DNA from: Tubiluchus corallicola
Lineage: Eukaryota; Animalia; Priapulida
DNA length: 64,000 bases
Assembly (NCBI GenBank): GCA_030141605.1
Contig: JAQGDQ010000421.1
Span: forward strand, 1-64,000
Direction: 5' to 3'
Shown here: piece after piece, positions 1 to 13,400 of the stretch
How the letters are laid out: each line of letters starts with the position of its first letter
Position numbering within the stretch: the first letter of the stretch is position 1
Position numbers and translations under genes: made by a program
Notes under the pieces: generated by a model
Database searches by the model: none
What the model saw: the letters and a program-made list of their open reading frames with translations, nothing else
What the model was told of the DNA's origin: nothing

Positions 1-1415
1 TGCTACTGTATTTTAGTTGGGAGTGTCTTGTCATCCTGCGAGAGTAATGAAAGGTGTCAGTATGTTATACCAAGCGCACCTGTGCAGGATAGTTAGGCTT
101 GTTTGCTGCTCGGAAGATTAAAGCTGTAACTGAATACAGTTGCCTAACGACCTGTTGGATAAAAATATTAAATATTGTGCTGAGATACTATTAGTATTTA
201 TTTTATTACTTCCATTATTTTACTTGTTCGGGTAGAGGTGTTTACTTAAATGTTTGCCAAATAGATTTTTGAAAGGTGAAATAAATGGTAAAATTCTTAA
301 TTTTTCAAAAAATCCTGAAGTTTTGAATACGTCTGTTTGTTTCATAACGAAGCGAAATAACCAAAGACCGGGCAAGAAAACTTGCTACAAAATAAGGATG
401 AACGAAACTGCTTGCTTACAAAAGCACTGTTGTACATTGTAACTTCAGTAAATGAAAAATGCTTGCTTACGAAAGCACTGTTGTGCATTGTAACTTCTGT
501 AAACGAACCAAGTTCAGGGGATACTATTGCTAACGAATTCGCAAGCAGAACTATGTAACATAAGGTGGAAGGATAAGGTGAGAGTAGGTCAGAGAAAAAA
601 GAAAAAAAATGAGAAAAACACGTTTTTTTTGTTGACTGGATGCTAAATTTACTTTTAATAAAAATATTAAAGTATTTTTAATGTGTTCTTGGTGTTATAA
701 TCTGTAGTAGTTGTTGTTCAAATGGTAAGACTATTTTCAATTAAAGACTAATTATTTTCAATTAACTCAATGCATAGAAAAAACAAAAAGAAGAGACTGT
801 GCATTACAGATGCTGAATTCCTATCAACATAACTATTCTTTGTTAATGCACTTGTTGATTGGAATGAATTGGTATGAAAATAGTTTTATACCGTCAACTG
901 CAGCTCCATTTGATAATAAACATTTCCATAAGTTGTAAATTTGAACAGAATAACAGGAATAAAATACTTTGATTAGTTTTAAGTATAATCTTTTTGTAAT
1001 TTGCATTTTTTATGTGTACACCATTTTATAGTAAATGAGACTTTATGTGTGATTCTTAAAATGTTTATGTATATTGAGTTATTGTATGCGTGATTTTAAA
1101 TTAAGTTGTTGTAACACTGAAGTGCGTTTTTTGCATTAAACTGGAATAAATAAATCTTGACAAATTTCATAATTCTTGAAACAATGTTTAAAAATAAAAT
1201 ATCATGGGACCTGGAAACTGACAACCTGTTTCACTTGTTGTTCCATTTTGAGTTTTCGAAAATTTGAAGTCAAAGTTTACTAATGCTACATGTACTTCGT
1301 CACAGATCCATATTTTTTACCTTATGATTGTTTTAGATGATTTCATTGCAATAATTGCATTGTCATATGTGTGCTTGCATAGCAAAATCGTCCATCAGTC
1401 GACAATTAACCTTCT
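1..1415 (+). repeat. Inverted copy of ABCA2 intron 15 segment 6418-7832 (runs to window edge)
   Basis: Base i pairs with base 7833-i. ORFs 254..442+ and 7391..7579- give identical translations. I saw no mismatches where I compared. Confidence 0.95.
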
Positions 1416-4400
1416 TCCGTTACGGATAGAGAAGACGCACAGCACCAAAATTTTTGCCATTCGTCATCATTGTACTGATTGCCAAACCAATATGTTGGTG
1501 TAAATGGAAAATACCAGGGTTTTGGTAGCCCGTATGAACCTGAGAATAAAGTCCATGGTTAAGCTGATTGCATACATAGAAGAATGACTCAAGCTAATAT
1601 GAAATAATGCTGACCAATTTTGAACAGAAGAAACAATATTATAGCATCTGAGCTATGACTGTGAGGTTTATAATACACAGGTTGAAACCCAGAGTTTTAG
1701 AAAAAACATTAAAAAACAGTACTTTTAAGCACAGAACAGAAACAAATAAATTAATGCAAAAATTAGTATAGAATATGGCTTTTTTTGTGTAATAATGAAG
1801 GAATAACAGAAGTGATTCTAATGAACGATTCTCAACACAAATTAAGTGGAAAAGCAAAAATGTTAACGCAAAGTAAACTCACAAAAGACCTATCTAAACA
1901 AAAGTTGCAAGATTATGAAATGCAACTATACCTGGATAAACGTGCTCTATATACCACATAAGCATTGCATATATCACGGAATCTACTATCATCATCACCG
2001 CCACCTGCTGGAGAGAAAATTCATCATCTTCAAGTGGCGACTGTTGAAAGTTTGACCACTGGACACCGACACCAGCTTCTTCATAAAATGCGAAGTATTT
2101 ACCACCCAGCCCAAATGCAGAAGTTGACATAAGAGACTAAAATAAACATATACAGAATTTATTAAGTGGCTTCTAATTCACAGCAATATTAACAAAATGT
2201 AACAATCCTTGAATGCTTTCATTAGTAGTTTATTACATTTTACATTTTTACATTTGTATTAGGAAAACCAATGTGTCAGGAAAATGATGTATGGCAAAAA
2301 TGAAAATCCTAGTGTGCAGTGAAAACATAATAAAAATGTAATAAAACGTATTATGCAGAGGGTCGTTTATGAATCGGATGTCGATCCTGTCATAAAGAAC
2401 TTAAAACTGTAGAACGACGGTGTATTTTATCTAACATCATTGGACATGTGGTCATTAAACCACCTGTTAATATTCCCTTAATTAATGATAATTGTTATTA
2501 GCTGCAAATTAAGAAGAAAATGTCTTTCTCATTTTTGTCACTAAGCAATTTAATGTTTTGAGTTCCACAAGTCTATTTTATTATAAGATATTAGTTTCTC
2601 TCAATAAATCACTTCCAACTTATACACTGACATAATAATTTGCTAGGACTTGTGTACTTTAGAGTCAGTTTGGTGTTTGTAAACACATTAGAATGATCTG
2701 AGTGCTGAATTATTTACATTGGGTAACCTTTTTACCACTGAAGAGTGGCATCATGGCTTACGTGACCAATTATGTTATAGTAGGCAAAATCAAATGTTTT
2801 AATTATGTTACAGTAGGCAAAATCAAATGTTTTAACAAATTTTTTTAAACCTAACAACAAATCTTCTTATAACACTCTGTTTTGTGCATATGTTTCTAAC
2901 ACACATGAACACATTAAACTTGTAAATGTTAACTAACTCATTAATAAGGATTTCTTCTCTAGTTCAGACTCTTAAAGCAAAAGCCAAGTCTCTCGGAAAG
3001 TTGAGCTTATTCTAATAGCTGGGAAAAAGCGCCTCGTGTAATTAATAATTTCAATTTAGAATCGCTTCACGCTTGGGCACGCTCATTGTGGTGAAAAATG
3101 GCACCATCTGATTACAGTGCAATATAAACAGTTATTCTGCCAATGGCTTAAGCAATTATTTTTTGACTTATAGAGGGAGGTCTATAAACTAAGTAGCCCA
3201 CCTGGTACCCACTGTATGCTAGCAAGTTTACATATGTATCTGAAAGTCAACAAAAGTCTGTAAATTAATTACATTTATGCATTTAATGTATACTATTTAC
3301 ACATTTTACGGTATAATCCTGTGGGTTAAAGCTATGTACCCACTTTAATCTTGGTCATAATTGATCAGAAGACAAATTTTTACACAGTTATATACAACGC
3401 TAGAATAACTGGACAACCGAGTAAACTGTAGCAGTTTCTCAACGCGTATCTTCATCACAGCTTGCCTTCACAGCATTCACGCTGCCCAGCAGTCACCAGC
3501 TTACGTCATTTTTACCTCAAGCAGCGACGTTCGTTTGGCGTGAAATATTTAAATTTCTTTTACATTTTTAAGCAAAGCATTCTATGCGCATATCTTGTGC
3601 AGTGATTTCAATATTTTTAATTGCATATTAAAATGATATAAATGTTGTTCAAGGTTCGTTCTTCCTTTAAAGAGAAGTTCAACTCACTGCAATGATCTTG
3701 ATATATCCTGGTAACTGTATATGCGACGATTCTTCTTTGATAGCAATGTACATGCAAGGTACATAGCTTAAAAAGTAGATTATACCAGCACAAGCTGCTG
3801 CTAGCTTTGCCTTCGAATACAGAACACTTAGCAAGAATCTAGAAAACAAAAGCTTGTTAGCTGGTGTAGAACAATAAAACACTTTGTATTGGCCAAGCTA
3901 TAAAAATTTGTAGTCGGGTAAACTATGAGCACTTAAAATTAACATAAAACATCTAAGTGCATGCTAATCCAAAGTTGCTTGCTGCTTTATAAGTTTGTGT
4001 TCTTTATCTTTCAATAGCTGAGAAATGTGAAACTTAAAGGAAGACAGGATGATTTTTCACATACTATCCCATTTTCAAGTCCGATACGTTTGTATACGTT
4101 TTAACACAATTAATACTGCAAAAACATTTCTGATAATTAAATAATAGATTAAAAATTTAATTAACGGCGGGTGAGCCCAACTATTGATGACATCACAAAC
4201 TAACATAATTTTCAACAGCAAAATATTCCATGAGCATGTTGCACGTGTTTGCGAAAGCAAAAATTGAAAATTCAAATTTCAAAGTTACCGGTGTGCTCAC
4301 GCAAGAGCTCTCAAACGTGTGTAGTCCATCAGAAACTAACACATCTAAACTGAGTACCTGTTTTTTGTGCAACGAGTTTCCGAAATGCAGGCACTAGTGC

Positions 4401-7400
4401 CCGTCTAACTAGTGAACGGCGAAATGCATGTAGCAGCAAAGAACTAGTGGCACGAATGCGAAATTGTGTTTGTGCGATAATATTTCTTAAATCATTTTTG
4501 AAAAAAATAGTATCCTTTCAATATTTTAAAGAGCAGATTGTTTTGAACTACTGTTTAAGATTGGGTCCGGTTTTGCTTTAAAAAGATTTAGCTCTGTGTT
4601 TAATTTTGTGGCACATAAAAGTGTAATGAATTACCCAGGCTGGAAAAAAGAAAAACTCCAAAATTAGAGGCAATATAGTTCAACAATTTTTACAAAAATA
4701 GCAGTTTTGCAAATACATAACTCAAATAATTTTTGACGCACAGCCTTTAAACCAGGCAATCCCTTAACTTGCTCAGAAATGAATGCACACAAATTAGTCT
4801 TACGAGAAGCAAATAGTCGCGACACCGAAAAGCTCTAAGATAAGAAAGATGATGACTGGATTCGAATAAGCCAGCACTTTCCCGTGGCTTAGCATCACAG
4901 TAAGTAGCACCATAGTAATTGACATCTGTGAAAACGATGTGATAAACCAGGCAACCCAATGTACAGCATTGCTGAGACCCATCATTTTCATCACCTATGT
5001 AAAACGTAGAATGTTGTTTTATGCACATTTTTTACATAAAGCAGTAATTATATAACGTAAAGGGTATAGATATACATATACGCTTAAACATAAAATAAAA
5101 TATAGTCAGAAGAAGCTGATACGTTTTAACCCTTTCACTATGTTGTTGTTTTTAAGTGGGCCACATTGACTTTTGCACATTTGATAATAACTTCTTGTGG
5201 TGTGTTACTAACAGAACCTTCCAAATAAACAAATGGTTGTTCGTTATTGAGTACTAATATTCAATATCAGTTTTATTTCTACACATGTACACACATGTGA
5301 GCACACATACATGCACACACACATGCACGCACACACAATCATAAATAAGCATGCACTGTATGTAGTATCGCTCTGCTTTAATTTTCTTTTAATGTTTTTT
5401 AGGTAAGCTTTTTTCTCGTTTAATGATAAAACTTTTACTGCCCATGTACTTGTTTCATAACTGTGATTGTAAATGTATTGCAAATTACTTTATATTGTAT
5501 TATACGGCTAACATAAGTGCTATGTGCCTGCTGCCATTTTCTTTTATAAAAAATGTATTTTATCAACGTTAGAAAATAAAAAAAAAATAAAAATAAACAG
5601 CACGTGTTTTAAAAACAAAACAAAGGTGTTTACCTCTTTTAGCCGTTTCTCTTTCTCGTAGACAATGCTCTGGACAAGCATAGCTACAGAATAAACCCAT
5701 GAGATGGTGAGACAGAGTGGCATCACATGTTCTATCATGAATAAGAACTGATCACTGATGTAGCAAGGGTATGGAAACTGATGAATGTAACTGCCAGGTT
5801 CTAAAATATCCCTTTCAGCATGCAAATCTATGACAGACCTTTCTATTATGTCCTGCAAAAAATATCAATAAATGTGTGCTTGCAAACCAAAACCGTCCGT
5901 CTATAAGTCGGCATAGTTTTAAAACTACTTTATGATACTTCAAAGTAGAATGCACCAAAAATTTGGTTAAATGTCAATTATTTGTTTTTTACAAAAACAA
6001 ATGCTAAATATATTGGACCTTTATAGTCTAGCATAAAATTATCAAGAAAATATCCAAAAAACACTAAAAATTTCATTTTATATCCCCGTACCACCTTTTC
6101 TGACTAGAAACTAGTACTGCAATTGTAAAAAACTTGCATTTTCAAACTCCGATAGTAGCTCGTGGAAGCAGTCATTTTGCTTCTGTTTTTTTTTCTGTTC
6201 AACAAGACCAGACTTCGTCAGGAAGAGCCATCATTTTCGTTTGGTTGCTAAGTGTTTTGTAGAGACATGACAAAAAACAAAGGCTGACTTTAACAGCAAG
6301 ATTTCTCAAGATTGTTTTCTAGTACATAGCCTGCACCTCAACTTCAACATGGATTATCTCAGCTCAGAAATAAAATGATCCTCATGAAATGGAGATTCAA
6401 GATATGTGAATAACTAGAGAAGGTTAATTGTCGACTGATGGACGATTTTGCTATGCAAGCACACATATGACAATGCAATTATTGCAATGAAATCATCTAA
6501 AACAATCATAAGGTAAAAAATATGGATCTGTGACGAAGTACATGTAGCATTAGTAAACTTTGACTTCAAATTTTCGAAAACTCAAAATGGAACAACAAGT
6601 GAAACAGGTTGTCAGTTTCCAGGTCCCATGATATTTTATTTTTAAACATTGTTTCAAGAATTATGAAATTTGTCAAGATTTATTTATTCCAGTTTAATGC
6701 AAAAAACGCACTTCAGTGTTACAACAACTTAATTTAAAATCACGCATACAATAACTCAATATACATAAACATTTTAAGAATCACACATAAAGTCTCATTT
6801 ACTATAAAATGGTGTACACATAAAAAATGCAAATTACAAAAAGATTATACTTAAAACTAATCAAAGTATTTTATTCCTGTTATTCTGTTCAAATTTACAA
6901 CTTATGGAAATGTTTATTATCAAATGGAGCTGCAGTTGACGGTATAAAACTATTTTCATACCAATTCATTCCAATCAACAAGTGCATTAACAAAGAATAG
7001 TTATGTTGATAGGAATTCAGCATCTGTAATGCACAGTCTCTTCTTTTTGTTTTTTCTATGCATTGAGTTAATTGAAAATAATTAGTCTTTAATTGAAAAT
7101 AGTCTTACCATTTGAACAACAACTACTACAGATTATAACACCAAGAACACATTAAAAATACTTTAATATTTTTATTAAAAGTAAATTTAGCATCCAGTCA
7201 ACAAAAAAAACGTGTTTTTCTCATTTTTTTTCTTTTTTCTCTGACCTACTCTCACCTTATCCTTCCACCTTATGTTACATAGTTCTGCTTGCGAATTCGT
7301 TAGCAATAGTATCCCCTGAACTTGGTTCGTTTACAGAAGTTACAATGCACAACAGTGCTTTCGTAAGCAAGCATTTTTCATTTACTGAAGTTACAATGTA

Positions 7401-10400
7401 CAACAGTGCTTTTGTAAGCAAGCAGTTTCGTTCATCCTTATTTTGTAGCAAGTTTTCTTGCCCGGTCTTTGGTTATTTCGCTTCGTTATGAAACAAACAG
7501 ACGTATTCAAAACTTCAGGATTTTTTGAAAAATTAAGAATTTTACCATTTATTTCACCTTTCAAAAATCTATTTGGCAAACATTTAAGTAAACACCTCTA
7601 CCCGAACAAGTAAAATAATGGAAGTAATAAAATAAATACTAATAGTATCTCAGCACAATATTTAATATTTTTATCCAACAGGTCGTTAGGCAACTGTATT
7701 CAGTTACAGCTTTAATCTTCCGAGCAGCAAACAAGCCTAACTATCCTGCACAGGTGCGCTTGGTATAACATACTGACACCTTTCATTACTCTCGCAGGAT
7801 GACAAGACACTCCCAACTAAAATACAGTAGCAACAATGTGAAATAAAACTTTAGAAATACTAGCAATTTTTACCTGAATCCACACGAAACCGAAATAGTA
7901 ATAGTTGTAACTCCACGACCTTGGTCCTGGTGACCAGAAAGGGTCACGAACGCTATTAGTATCCCATGTGAAGGAGGCATTCTGACGGATTTTATATATA
8001 ACATGATTTGGCAGACTACCATCATCATTCATTTGAAAAATTAAACCTACGAATAACCGAAAAAAAATCATCTGTGCAAGTTCCAGAAATTACATCATTT
8101 CAGCTGTAATTCAAGCAAACGCTTCTACAAAACACGACTGGAAAACGTAAATTTTCCTATGTAATGACCAGCTAACTACAAATAAATGGATGTCTTTAAA
8201 TAATAAAAAACAAAAAATACGAGTAGCTAAAACAATTTTATCTCTACTGATATAGTGGTTGCTATTGCAGATGATATAAGTAGTTTGCCTTGTAAAATAC
8301 GTATGACTTTATATTACAGTTTGTTTTAAATATCTAATTACATATGCTCTTACAATCATGCCAGAATTCTTGAAATTTCATACAGCTACTAATAGATAAA
8401 TTACTATTCAACATAGGGCAATCTATTATCTTTCTTCCTACCATTTCCACTAACACATCCTTCTACCCTGCCTGTGTGATCTAACCTTTCTCCCAGTTCT
8501 TTTTTTGTTCACTCATCCATTCTTTTTTATCGGGTTCACATGACAGTGGGCTTATACAAGCCCTTGCTTCTCTAGCCCACTGCAGTACAATTATTCTTTT
8601 ATGATAACGATAGTGTATGAAACATAAGAATTTAATACAGTAGATGTAATAATTTTGATGTCACTGTCTGGTTAATAATCATTCATTATATTGTACTGAA
8701 TGTGATAATAATAATAAATAAAAAAACTACTCTGCTGTCAGAAGGGTTTGATTAAACCATACACAAGCATATAAACTTACTAGCAAAGACAGTAACATTG
8801 TCAAAGTATGCTTGTTGGGTAACATACTCAACAAGGTCGTCTTCATCTTTAAATCCTTGGAAAACATCGAAACTCAAACCTTCCGTAATGGATATCCAGC
8901 TACAGGCTGCACTATCTGTAAGTTGAATATTGTATTACAAGAGTCCGTCATCTTTCAAGCAGGTAAGCTAAATGCTAAGTAATATAATTTTGCATGGAAA
9001 GTTTTCTGGGACATAATTTAACATTTACTTTTCTTTCCCTGATTTACGTTGTGCGTAGGTGACATTGCGTCATCGCGCTGCTCAGAATAGTGTCGCGGGA
9101 AATTTAAAATGAAAACGAACAAAAAAATCCTTTCAATGCGAGTACAATATACAAATAAAATTGCTATAAAGCAATATAATTTTCAAGGTGATTTTTCTGA
9201 AACCTATTTGTCATGCCCCTTTCTTGTCCTTTTAAAGACTTGTAGAGTTTTCCAAAAACAAAACCGAGCCTAAATAACATTTTAACAATTAAACATGCAC
9301 AACACACCTATAATATCCAGTTGCTGTAGTAACAGAGAGACATTAGGTGCAATTGATGATTCAAACTCTTGCACATCCGCTAAATTTGACAAGTCGTACA
9401 GGATATTACCTGGCCTTTTCAACTGCACTAATATCTAAAAAATAAACAAAAATCAAATGATTTGTGAATTTTTACAACGAAACCGGTGAGGTTTTTGCAA
9501 CAAGCCTACCTGGTACAATAGCAACAGTATTTGTCTACTTGCAGAAACAGTATAACTGTAACATATATACAGATAATTTGCGTCACGATGTACAAATTCT
9601 TCAGTAAGCATTGCAGCTCAAATGTATGTTATGGAGGTAAGGTACACCTTTTGTATATCTTTAATATTATGCAATAATGAACGCTAATCCTAAAGAATTC
9701 TAAGATAATTTTGCTTTCAACTATTTTCTTCATGACTAGACGTACATGTTTATCCACTTTTGCTAGCTACAAGCGAAAAATTAATTTTTTTTCATCCTTT
9801 GGCTCTAGGTCCTCATAATATTAATTTTAAATACATAATGGTTAAATTATTATTTAAAGATAGTCACGTGTCTCTTCTTTCCCATTATTGAACATTATTT
9901 TATTATAAACTAACACATTCGTGTAATAATTCAATTCTCATTCGTCTTAAATGCAAAAGCTGATAATTTTTAATTACCTGGTACATGCTCATTAATTAAT
10001 TATCTTAGTAACAATGCTGAGAGGGTGGCTGATCTCGATAACTGATAGTTCTTTCACCACCCTTTCACCACTAATCAATAATTACTTTTGCACTTTGTAA
10101 TATTATCGTATGTTGTACAGATTTATAAATCTCTTAGTTATGTATTTTGCTATTTTAAAACTGGTGATAAACTAATAAACTTACTTACTTACTTACTATA
10201 ATAATAATTTTTAATAGATACCTGCTGCAAGAGTTCTAAGTTGGTCTCAGTACTATTTTCTAACAAGTACTGCCGAATTTCCTTTGATACACTCGTCCAC
10301 TTATGAGCATATTGTGTAATTGTATCAAACAGCACAAAAGTTCTATTAGCCTGAAAACGAATAACATGAGCAAAATTAGTGAATGTTTTAACCATACATT

Positions 10401-13400
10401 GTATTAAAATTATGCAAAGGGTTATTCTTTTAATTACTCAGTCAATAAGGGAAAAAGAGCACAAGATATAAACTGAAGCAAAACTGTTTCCTGGTGTCGA
10501 AATATAAAGAGTTTCCTGGTGTCAACACAAATATGCAGTTATTAGTTATTCATTTAGTTTAAAAGCAGTATGGCCTTACAGGTACATGCAACTTTGCTTT
10601 TTTTAGTGTCACCATTGCATAGTCAAATTAATTTGTTAGCTATTTTGCTTTTAATTAGTTAGTTTTGCCCATAGAACTCTGCTTTACTAATTTTGTTTTC
10701 ACTTTGTTTTGCATAAATTTGTATAATTTTATTTACCTTAATTGTTTGCTATTATTTTAATTTTGATCTGTTTTCCTATTCAAATTTTCATTTTGTTATT
10801 TGCTCGCCATGGTGAAATTAGTAGACTCACTATTTAGGGATGGCGGACTAGATAACCTTTTGGTCTTTCGCCATCCCACCCTTCTTTAATCTTTGTAAAT
10901 CATTGTTATATACTATCTATGATTGTTATTTAGAAGGCAAAAAATAAATTATTATTATTATTATTATAAAAAGAAAAATGTCCAAAACAAACAAGCAGGG
11001 CATCACCCATCTTAAACATTTCACAAGTTAAGTGTCAAACTTTGCAAAAAACTAAACAGGAGAATACAGCCAGAATTTATAATTTACTGCAAAACTAAAC
11101 AGTTTTTATCTGCTATAAGTTCACACAAAAGCCATATTGCCAACTGACCAGCCTACCTTCATAATGATATCATCAGCTGCCGTATCATTCGGAGCATACA
11201 TAACTTTAGGATTGCTGTATAACAGATGAGTAAGGATTCCTATTAATTCTTTTTGGCGTTGAGTAAAAACTGGCGAATCTATAGAGAAAAAGCATTCAGT
11301 AATCAATTATTCCTTTAGCAATGGTCACAGTTTATTATAATCGCACTGGAAATGTTTATTCATTTACAACTGCCGAAGTTTTTATAGTTTTGTTGAGAAA
11401 TAACAGAAAAACAGAACTGTAATGAGATTTTTGTAAACACACAACATAATTTAACAAACTTCCAAACAGGTGAAATAAACTTTAAGCAGAAGTCATTAAA
11501 CATGGTTAAATTTATACGGTTAGCTACTGCGAAATACTAATCATTCCTGCATATCCATACAGTTTCATTTAAATTACATCTCACTAGAGCTAAGCAAAAT
11601 TGGGAGAGGATTTTACAAGTTTTTTTAAAATGGCATTTAACTATGTTTTTCTAACTGCTTTTGATTATTGTCTCACAGTTTACATAATCCCATGCAATGA
11701 TACTAGTCATACTGTCATTTCTGTGTTAGATGCCAATTCTGATCAAATGGTAGTCATGCAGGCATGACCCAGAAAGGGTAGCGCTAGACTTAAGACACAA
11801 TATTTGTTATTGTTATTACTGAGAAAGTACAATCAGTTATTATCAACACAAAACAGCAGAGCACCCTTATCACTCAGCATGTTCATCGAGTAATTGTTTG
11901 TTAAAGATGAGCTTCGTAACATAGAAATGCCGCTTTGAAAAGAAAATGAAAAAAAAGCTTCTCAATATAGTCTAAGTCCAGTAATGTTCTGCATAGGACA
12001 ACACACAGGAACATTTTATATAGATTGAAGTGCATCGTGTTCTTTGTGCTGATCACTGTACAGTTTGTTCCAGGGTAATTATGTGTCATCAAATACTTGA
12101 ATTAATTGAGGTAAGTATATTAGTGGGTTTTACTTAAGGACAAGAAAAGGGGCTGGAGTAGGTTTCAGAAAAATCGCCTTAAAAAATTATATTACTTTAC
12201 AGCATTTTTATGCATATATCGTAGTCGCGTTAAAAGGAATTTTTGTTTGTTTTTACTAGAAATCTCTTGCAATACTGTTCGGATGGTGCTATTACATGAC
12301 GTCAAATACGCAAACGTAAATCAGGGAAAGAAAAGGCAATTTAAAATTATTTCCCAAAAAACTTTCCATGCAAATTTATAATTCTTAGCATTTCGCTTAT
12401 CTGCTGGAAAGACCTATGTAACTAGAAATAATAATTTAAAATGTTTGCGCCAATTGGTAAAATGTCGCGGGTTCACCCGTCAGGGTGCGCCACTCAATAA
12501 CCAAAAACTTATTATTAATCTTATTGACAAGATACAGTAATTTAAAATTTTACTTAGTGAACAGTGTGCTACGCATGGTGTGATTACTTTTTAAAACTTC
12601 ACACAATGTTAACTAAACTTGTTTCAAATGACCTACCATTCAAATGGCTGGGCCTAACGGTCATCACGGGAGCCTAACTTTATAAGTTTTATACAGCGTT
12701 AATGTCGACGCAAGTCCTGCATGCAAAAAGGTGGTATGTAAGTGGTATAAAATTTACAGACAAATTTTTTAAGTTTTATGTAAGTGGAGGGTTTTCTTGT
12801 GCTTTAATGCCATGAACAATGTGCCATTGTAAACAGTTTCATACTTGCTCAGTGTGCCAGACAGTGAGTGTATTATGCGAGTTGCATATGAAAAAGATTA
12901 ATTGTGAACCCCATTGACTACAGTGCAAGGGGCGAATAGTGGCATGATAACCAAATATCATCCTACCTGCTCCAGCTATGCATAAAACAGACAATACAAG
13001 GTGTTTATGTTTTTTCCAACAAGAAAATACATATTGAAATTTCACAACTGCATAAATCAGTAAAAAAATGCTCTCAACTTTTTTGCTCTAAGCAACAGGT
13101 GAAAAAATATGATACCTGAATCAATAATATCAGCTGTGTCTTCTCCACCATTTGCAGCATCAGCATCTGAATCATTTTTTACAGGTTTAGGAGTTTTCTT
13201 TCCACACAATGTAGTCTGCATTGCAAGCCAAATGCGCAGCACTCCTTCCATGTTAGCATCATTCTGCACACAAAATCAATAAATAAGTTTCTTTCAAAGT
13301 ACTTATTTCCATAAACACAGTAGACGAATAAGTACAAGGAAAATATTTTCCAAATAATCGACATTGATACGATATTACTTCTGTCTCATGATTATTGAAT

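Noticed and set aside
254-442. 62-aa ORF present twice (also 7391-7579)
   Set aside because: Identity comes from the inverted duplication of intron DNA; TTG start and no recognisable domain.
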